In this document: positions 16,824 to 21,829 of the stretch, piece by piece
Layout: every line of letters begins with the position of its first letter
How positions within the stretch are numbered: the first letter of the stretch is position 1
Source: Deinococcales bacterium
GTDB lineage: Bacteria > Deinococcota > Deinococci > Deinococcales > JAAFIG01
Direction of reading: 5' to 3'
Assembly: GCA_031414595.1 (NCBI GenBank)
Contig: JANNVX010000010.1
Location: forward strand, 1-21,829
Length of the DNA stretch: 21,829 nt
Notes under the pieces: generated by a model
Seen by the model: only the letters and a program-made list of their open reading frames with translations
Told to the model about the DNA's origin: nothing
The model's database searches: none
Made by a program: the position numbers and the translations under genes

Positions 16824-17600
16824 TCAACGATGCGCCAAAAGCCATAGCTCGAGGTCTTGTAGTGGCTTTTGGTTAATTGGTGCAAATTGCGAGTTGCTGG
16901 CACTACCTAAACCATGTCCGAGTTGTGGGTAGTAAATAACTTTGGCATCCTTATGGTTTTTCAAGGCATTTTCTAAACGCCCTGTTTGGTCTGGGGTTGT
17001 AATGTCGTCACTCGAGCCTTGTTGGATTAAAATAGGTAAACCCAATTTAGGCATGGCAGGGAGCGTCTCGTAATCTGTACCTTGTACCACCACGGGCGGT
17101 GATTGCAAGATGATACCGCCAAGTGTTGGTTCTTGTAGTGCGACTTGAACCGCTACGGCTGCACCTTCGCTCCAACCCAAGACAAACAGCTTGCTCGAGT
17201 CAACAATTTTGTTCTGGCGCAAGGCATTTAGCACTGCTCGAGCATCGGCAATAAAGTCGGTGCGTGAAAGTTGGGAGTAGCGCCTCGAGTCTATCTCGGT
17301 GGCACTGGTTACATATCGTTTGTTATAACGTGCCACCGCAAACCCTTGGCTGCTGAGGTACTTGGCAATATCCAAAAAATTCTTTGAAACCACTTCGCCG
17401 TTGTTGATAAAAGTGCCATCCATATCCGATGGAAAACCAGCGTGGATTAAAAGTACGGTGGCTAAAAGTCTTTGGCTCGAGTACATCAATTGAGCTTGGG
17501 ACTTAAAATCACCGAGTTGCACCATAAAATCTTGGGTTGTCGAAGTCTGTGCCAGTCCTAATCCAAGCGCCGCACAAAGCACAATCAAGAAGTATTTCAT
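16824..17600 (-). CDS. secreted alpha/beta-fold hydrolase
   Basis: Signal peptide (GLGLA/QT), nucleophile elbow GWSEG, acid motif QGSSDD and His motif YPQLGHGL. Confidence 0.85.
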   Translation of the reverse strand: MKYFLIVLCAALGLGLAQTSTTQDFMVQLGDFKSQAQLMYSSQRLLATVLLIHAGFPSDMDGTFINNGEVVSKNFLDIAKYLSSQGFAVARYNKRYVTSATEIDSRRYSQLSRTDFIADARAVLNALRQNKIVDSSKLFVLGWSEGAAVAVQVALQEPTLGGIILQSPPVVVQGTDYETLPAMPKLGLPILIQQGSSDDITTPDQTGRLENALKNHKDAKVIYYPQLGHGLGSASNSQFAPINQKPLQDLELWLLAHR

Positions 17601-18139
17601 TATTTTCTCCGCAGGTAAAGCGCATTAAAATTAACGCGCCAAGTTTTGCCGTTGTCACTCGAGATTTCGCCCAGTTGACGAACTTTATCAGGGTCATTAT
17701 TTATAATATTCCAAGTGATGCGTTGCAGTGGTTCGCTACTTGGGCTTGCACGCATAAAGCGGTCTGACTCGAGAACCATTGCGCCGTTGTTAAATGTGCC
17801 ACTTAAGGTCAGTGCGCCTTGTCCGTTGTTATCCACATAGATTTGATACCACTGTTTGGCTTTGGGGTCGTAATAATTTTGGCTGATGGCGCGTCCACCG
17901 GGCGCATCGGTATTATCTTGCCAATTTTCTTCTATCATGCAGCCATTGAGTAAGTTCTGAACAGTGTTGCGTCCAACACGGCGCTGAGAGGGTGCGTCCA
18001 AAACATCCCAATCGCCAACCCAAAAATCAAATTGACGGTATTCGGGGGCGCTGCATTGTCCTTGCCCATCGGCTTTTGTGCTTAAACCACTGGTCAGCAG
18101 TGTGCCTATCAGTAACCAAACAACTCGGGTTTTTAACAT
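17600..18139 (-). CDS. secreted hypothetical protein (FDFWVGDWDV family, beta-barrel-like)
   Basis: Signal peptide, C.APEYRQFDFWVGDWDV, GCMIEENW and SSDNGKTW. AAGGAG RBS, and TAATG coupling to the hydrolase gene. Confidence 0.8.
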   Translation of the reverse strand: MLKTRVVWLLIGTLLTSGLSTKADGQGQCSAPEYRQFDFWVGDWDVLDAPSQRRVGRNTVQNLLNGCMIEENWQDNTDAPGGRAISQNYYDPKAKQWYQIYVDNNGQGALTLSGTFNNGAMVLESDRFMRASPSSEPLQRITWNIINNDPDKVRQLGEISSDNGKTWRVNFNALYLRRK

Positions 18140-18186
18140 GATTTACTCCTTTTATTTTGTCACAGTTTAGGGCTAAACTCCTTTCA

Positions 18187-18885
18187 ATGACAGCCGAATT
18201 TGAAAATAGCCCGTGGTTTGAAGTGCAGAATAACCAGCAAGCCCAATTGCTGCATTCTGCGACTGATTTTCGGTTTTTTCGCCCATTTTTTACTCGAGAA
18301 AACACGGTTTCCCAAGCGGCTAAAATTATCGGGGTCAGTGTGCTGAAAATGTACCGCAAGGTACAGCAACTAGAATTGGCGGGCTTGTTGGTACAGACTC
18401 GGTTAGAGGCTCGGGCGGGTAAAGCCATCAAGTATTACCAGTCGGTGGCGGATCGTTTTTTTGTGCCGAATCGTTTACTCAGTGCCGAGAATTTTGAAGC
18501 ACTGCTCCTCGAAGAAGATGATGTTTGGCGGCGCAGATTACTGAGAGGCATGGCTCAGGTTTCTAAGGATGCGATGCAGCACCAAGGAATGTATATTTTT
18601 CGTGAATCCCAAGGCAGAATTCGCAGAATCAACGATGAAGAAACTGGTATGAACGCACTGCCTGAGAATATGGAAATGGGCAGTTCTAGCCCTGCGGTCT
18701 GGTCGGATTGGTCTTTGGTGCGGCTCGAGGCAGACGAAGCCAAAGCCCTACATGATGAAATGCGGGCTTTATTTAACAAGTATTACAACAAACCTAGTGC
18801 CAAACGGCGTGGACGTTTTCATGTTATTCGCACCGCCATTGCTCCAATGTCGGATGAGGACGCACTGGTATTTATAGCGCGTTAA
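18187..18885 (+). CDS. winged helix-turn-helix (ArsR-like) transcriptional regulator, Deinococcus type
   Basis: PFFTRENTVSQAAKIIGVS..KMYRKVQQLELAGLL and RAGKAIKYY.SVADRFFVP. ATG 18187 lies 7 nt after TAAACT (18174-79). Divergent from two secreted-protein genes. Confidence 0.8.
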   Translation: MTAEFENSPWFEVQNNQQAQLLHSATDFRFFRPFFTRENTVSQAAKIIGVSVLKMYRKVQQLELAGLLVQTRLEARAGKAIKYYQSVADRFFVPNRLLSAENFEALLLEEDDVWRRRLLRGMAQVSKDAMQHQGMYIFRESQGRIRRINDEETGMNALPENMEMGSSSPAVWSDWSLVRLEADEAKALHDEMRALFNKYYNKPSAKRRGRFHVIRTAIAPMSDEDALVFIAR

Positions 18886-21098
18886 TGCTCTAAACTCAGT
18901 TTTGGCATGACTTTGGCAAGGCGTTTTGGCAGCCACCAGTTCCATTCACCTGCCAGCATCATCACGGCTGGAACAAGTACCAGACGAACCAGTGTGGCAT
19001 CAAGGAACACCGCCACCGCTAAGCCCAATCCGATGGTTTTATTGGCGACCACATCACCCGAGACAAACGCACCAAAGACTATCAGCATAATTAGCGCCGC
19101 ACTGGTAATCACACCAGCCGTACTCTGCACCGCGCTTTTGACTGCATCGTGGGTGTTCATGCCAGACAAATGTGCTTCTTGAACCCTCGAGAGTAGAAAA
19201 ATTTCATAATCCATACTCAGTCCAAAAGTCACGGCAAACATCACAAGCGGTAGGCTCGAGTCTATAGCACCAATGTCGGTTGGGATATTAAAGAAATCTG
19301 CCATAAATCCATTTTGAAAAATCAGGGTAATGATGCCGTAACTGGCAGCCACAGTCAAAGAATTCATGATGATGCTTTTAATCGGAATGACAATGCTTCT
19401 AAAAGCAATAGCGAGTAAAATAAAAGTAGCGATAAAGACAGCAATAATTGCAATCGGCATGGCGCTGACCAGCGCATTGGTGAATTCTTGGCTGCCGACG
19501 GGCGCACCACCAAGCAGCACTTTGTCAAATCCAGCGTTTTTTGCTGCCCCACGAAGTTTTACAAGCCAAGCAGGGATTTCAGAAGGATGCACGGCATCTT
19601 TTGGAATCACCGAAATGCGTAAGTATTTGCGGTCTTTGGAGATGCTGCGCTCGGTCAGGTTGGTCAGGGTCGCAAGGCTATTGCCGTCAGTGTCAGTCGA
19701 AAAATCGGCTCGAGAAGTCAGGAACGGCGAAATCACCAAACGGGCTTCGTCCCATGAGGCGATTTCTGCGTCTAAGGCACGCCATTTGCTGCGGTCTTGC
19801 CTAAAATCACTGGTCTCGAGAATGATTTCAAATTGGTCTAAACTGCCGCCAAGTTCAAGCGGGCGGATAAGTTCGAGTCCTTTGCGAGATTCGACATTTG
19901 AAGAAAGCCCAAACGCCCCCGTGTAGCCAAGTTTCATATTCAGGGCTGGACTGGCAATTAAGAGAATAAAAGCCACCACCCCAATCACCCAAGGTATCGG
20001 GCGCTGCATGACTTTTTCGGCAACATTTGCCCAGAAAAAACTGCCTTTGCCGCTCGAGGTGGTTTTGAATTGCAATTTGCGTGGGCTGTTGACCCGATCA
20101 CCGATTAAAGCCAGTAAAGCGGGGACAGCCGTGGTACTGACCAGCACAGTCATGAGAACCACCAGCACCCCAGCAATACCCATGCTGCGAACAAAGGTCA
20201 GGTTAGGAATTAAGAGTGCAGCCATCGCAATTGCCACAGTCAAGCCGCTAAAGCCCACGGCGCGTCCGGCGGTGCGGGTGGTATTGGCGGCGGCAACTCG
20301 AGGGCTGTGTCCTTTGGTCAGTTCTTCACGGAAACGATTGACCATTAAAAGCGCGTAATCTATGCCAGCCCCCAAACCAAGCATGGTCACGACTGCCGAA
20401 GCAAAACTCGAGACCTCAATCAGTTGGGTCACACCATAAACGGCTGCCATGGTTAGCGTTATCGAAACCACACCCACCGCAATTGGAATTCCAGCCGCCA
20501 CCAGTGCGCCAAAGGCAAAAACCAGAACAATCGCAATTAAAGGCAATGCCGCAAGTTCGCTATTTTTGGTGTCCTCCTCGGATTTTTCCAAAAAATCTTT
20601 GGTGATTGAGCTTGCACCCGTCACAAAAACCTTGGTCTCGGGTAAACCAGCCTCGAGTGCCGTTTGGCGAATGGCGTTAATCACAGGGTTTGGTTCGGTC
20701 AGGCGGGTGCTGAGGACGGTGGCACGTATCAGCTTGCCATTTACTTCGCCCGTCAGTTTTAAGGGGCTGCTGGCATCAAATCGGGTGACGCTATTAACCC
20801 CTTCTATCGCCTCGAGCTTCGCCACAAAGGTTTTGTATTTTTCTAGGAATACGGTCTTATTGGCTGCCAATTCGCTTTCGGTGACCACCAGTGTGGTGTC
20901 CACGCGCTCGAGCTTAAATTCATTTTCGATGATTTTATTGACTCGTTCGGCTTCGCTGCCTGGTAGCGCACTGGCATTACCAACTAGGTTCTTAGAAGTT
21001 AAAGAAGCTGGAAAGGCGCAGAGTAAAAGAATAACTGCCCAGAATCCAAGTATCCAAGCGGGACGGGTGGCGACCAAATCAGCTATTTTTTTGAACAT
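18882..21098 (-). CDS. MMPL family (RND superfamily) transporter, YdfJ-like
   Basis: GLGAGIDYALLMVNRFREEL, TAGRAVGFSG, FGLSMDYEIFLLSRVQE and LDATLVRLVLVPA. Two MMPL repeats. Confidence 0.93.
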   Translation of the reverse strand: MFKKIADLVATRPAWILGFWAVILLLCAFPASLTSKNLVGNASALPGSEAERVNKIIENEFKLERVDTTLVVTESELAANKTVFLEKYKTFVAKLEAIEGVNSVTRFDASSPLKLTGEVNGKLIRATVLSTRLTEPNPVINAIRQTALEAGLPETKVFVTGASSITKDFLEKSEEDTKNSELAALPLIAIVLVFAFGALVAAGIPIAVGVVSITLTMAAVYGVTQLIEVSSFASAVVTMLGLGAGIDYALLMVNRFREELTKGHSPRVAAANTTRTAGRAVGFSGLTVAIAMAALLIPNLTFVRSMGIAGVLVVLMTVLVSTTAVPALLALIGDRVNSPRKLQFKTTSSGKGSFFWANVAEKVMQRPIPWVIGVVAFILLIASPALNMKLGYTGAFGLSSNVESRKGLELIRPLELGGSLDQFEIILETSDFRQDRSKWRALDAEIASWDEARLVISPFLTSRADFSTDTDGNSLATLTNLTERSISKDRKYLRISVIPKDAVHPSEIPAWLVKLRGAAKNAGFDKVLLGGAPVGSQEFTNALVSAMPIAIIAVFIATFILLAIAFRSIVIPIKSIIMNSLTVAASYGIITLIFQNGFMADFFNIPTDIGAIDSSLPLVMFAVTFGLSMDYEIFLLSRVQEAHLSGMNTHDAVKSAVQSTAGVITSAALIMLIVFGAFVSGDVVANKTIGLGLAVAVFLDATLVRLVLVPAVMMLAGEWNWWLPKRLAKVMPKLSLEH

Positions 21099-21150
21099 GA
21101 TTTTTCCTTACAAGAATTGAATAGGGGATTTTTAGTGTTTTCTATCTTTC

Positions 21151-21177
21151 GTAGGGGCAGACCCCCGTGTCTGCCCT
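21151..21177 (+). repeat. GTAG-type REP-like palindrome
   Basis: GTAG-GGGCAGAC-CCCCGT-GTCTGCCC: a GTAG foot with a perfect 8-bp stem. Single copy in the window. Confidence 0.7.
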
Positions 21178-21359
21178 GTAGGAAGACATTCTTTCGAGGA
21201 TTTACCAGACTACCCTGTATGTAGAGTCTAACGCCTTATGGCAAGGCATCCGCCCTCGATTGACAATAGTTTGCACTATAAATCACAAGCTGTCTAGGTA
21301 CAAACGCTTGTTTGTAGCAATTCAACTAAAGGACTGTACCGCCCAAAAGATTCACTGCC

Positions 21360-21500
21360 CTAGGGCTTAGTCGTACCCGCCAAGCCAAAAACAAATTCGG
21401 AATACTCGAGGTCTGGCGCGAGTTTGTTAAGCACTTGCAAAGCGCACGAAATAACTTCTGGACTAACACCATCACCAAGAAGAACACCAACTTTTGGCAT
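21360..21500 (-). pseudogene. leuB: 3-isopropylmalate dehydrogenase (beta-decarboxylating dehydrogenase family) N-terminal relic
   Basis: GAAAGG RBS, then MPKVGVLLGDGVSPEVISCALQVLNKLAPDLEYSEFVFGLAGTTKP*. This is a degenerate LPGDGIGPEV...A..VL motif that stops after 46 codons. Confidence 0.65.
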
Positions 21501-21521
21501 AAGAACCTTTCTACTCGAATT

Positions 21522-21692
21522 CTATGGGTTTGTTTTTATCTTATACCTTTCTATTTTATCTTGACTAAAATAGAAAATATAATCTTTTTCTATAAAGCAA
21601 AGACCAGAAGAGCAGTCTTTTGAAAAAACTTCTTTTTCAGAATTTGAATCATAATCAAAAGAAAAGAGTTTCTTATTTATGCTGTAGTATAT
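21522..21692 (-). pseudogene. 3' remnant of an AT-rich gene interrupted by the IS
   Basis: 56 stop-free codons run from the IS boundary to TAG (IYYSINKKLFSFDYDSNSEKEVFSKDCSSGLCFIEKDYIFYFSQDKIERYKIKTNP*) in very AT-rich DNA. Confidence 0.55.
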
Positions 21693-21829
21693 TAGACGTT
21701 ATCGGAAATAAGAAACTAGCTCGATTTCCGCAAAGCCCGTTTGCGAAAAGCACAGCGAAGGTTATGCAAACCACAAGCAATCTCCATAAACCAATCAGAG
21801 CAATACCACTTCGTATTCCGCAACACGTC
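21693..21829 (-). mobile_element. second copy of the IS 3' end, inverted (transposase C-terminus at 21716..21829)
   Basis: Exact reverse complement of 1..137. Confidence 0.8.

Larger units (their letters stand above)
670..21410. repeat. highly iterated palindrome CTCGAG dispersed through the window
   Basis: About 124 occurrences by manual count, first at 670 and last at 21405, roughly one per 175 bp. Confidence 0.95.

Noticed and set aside
1909-21120. Numerous antisense or nested ORFs (e.g. 14919..15551, 19366..19926, 20449..21120, 7453..7887)
   Set aside because: They overlap well-supported genes on the opposite strand or in another frame and show no motifs.
21260-21283. TTGACA followed by TATAAA, and a short ATAGT-N4-ACTAT palindrome
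   Set aside because: The -35/-10 spacing is only about 11 bp and the palindrome is too short to call an operator.
670-21410. CRISPR array or tandem repeat behind the repeated motif
   Set aside because: Only a 6-bp motif recurs, at irregular spacing and inside genes. No 23-47 bp repeats with spacers and no cas genes were seen.
670-21410. CTCGAG sites as XhoI cloning or ligation artefacts
   Set aside because: Long conserved ORFs (purA, MMPL, DUF4132) read through the sites in frame with their motifs intact.
21435-21623. 62-aa plus-strand ORF
   Set aside because: It is low-complexity and antisense to the leuB stub and the IS-interrupted remnant.
1-21829. Linear plasmid or phage with 137-bp terminal inverted repeats
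   Set aside because: The repeat begins mid-transposase, the cargo includes chromosomal genes (purA, rsmD), and there are no replication, terminal-protein or phage genes. An IS-induced contig break is more parsimonious.

Overview
This is a 21.8 kb bacterial chromosomal segment, probably a whole contig, from a moderate-GC Deinococcota (Deinococcales-like) organism. The assignment rests on the short Deinococcus/Thermus-type PurA, a Deinococcus-style wHTH regulator and several -10 hexamers placed 6-7 nt before start codons (leaderless genes). Both ends are the same 137-bp 3' end of an IS5-like DDE insertion sequence, in inverted orientation, and each copy interrupts an AT-rich gene. Housekeeping and transport genes are purA, rsmD, an Fe3+ ABC binding protein plus permease without an ATPase, a YeiH-family transporter, an MMPL transporter, a Tat-exported Rieske protein and a secreted alpha/beta hydrolase. 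Accessory or conflict-type loci are a zincin metallopeptidase with a small coupled partner, a GG-terminated ubiquitin-like protein coupled to a 1627-aa DUF4132/MolR-like protein, hicAB, a VapB-like antitoxin with a truncated vapC, an OLD-family ATPase/TOPRIM lacking Walker A, and a PD-(D/E)XK-like protein. Unannotated gene relics (parA, vapC, xisI, leuB) sit in the apparent intergenic gaps. The most striking window-wide signal is the palindrome CTCGAG, counted by hand about 124 times against roughly 5 expected.
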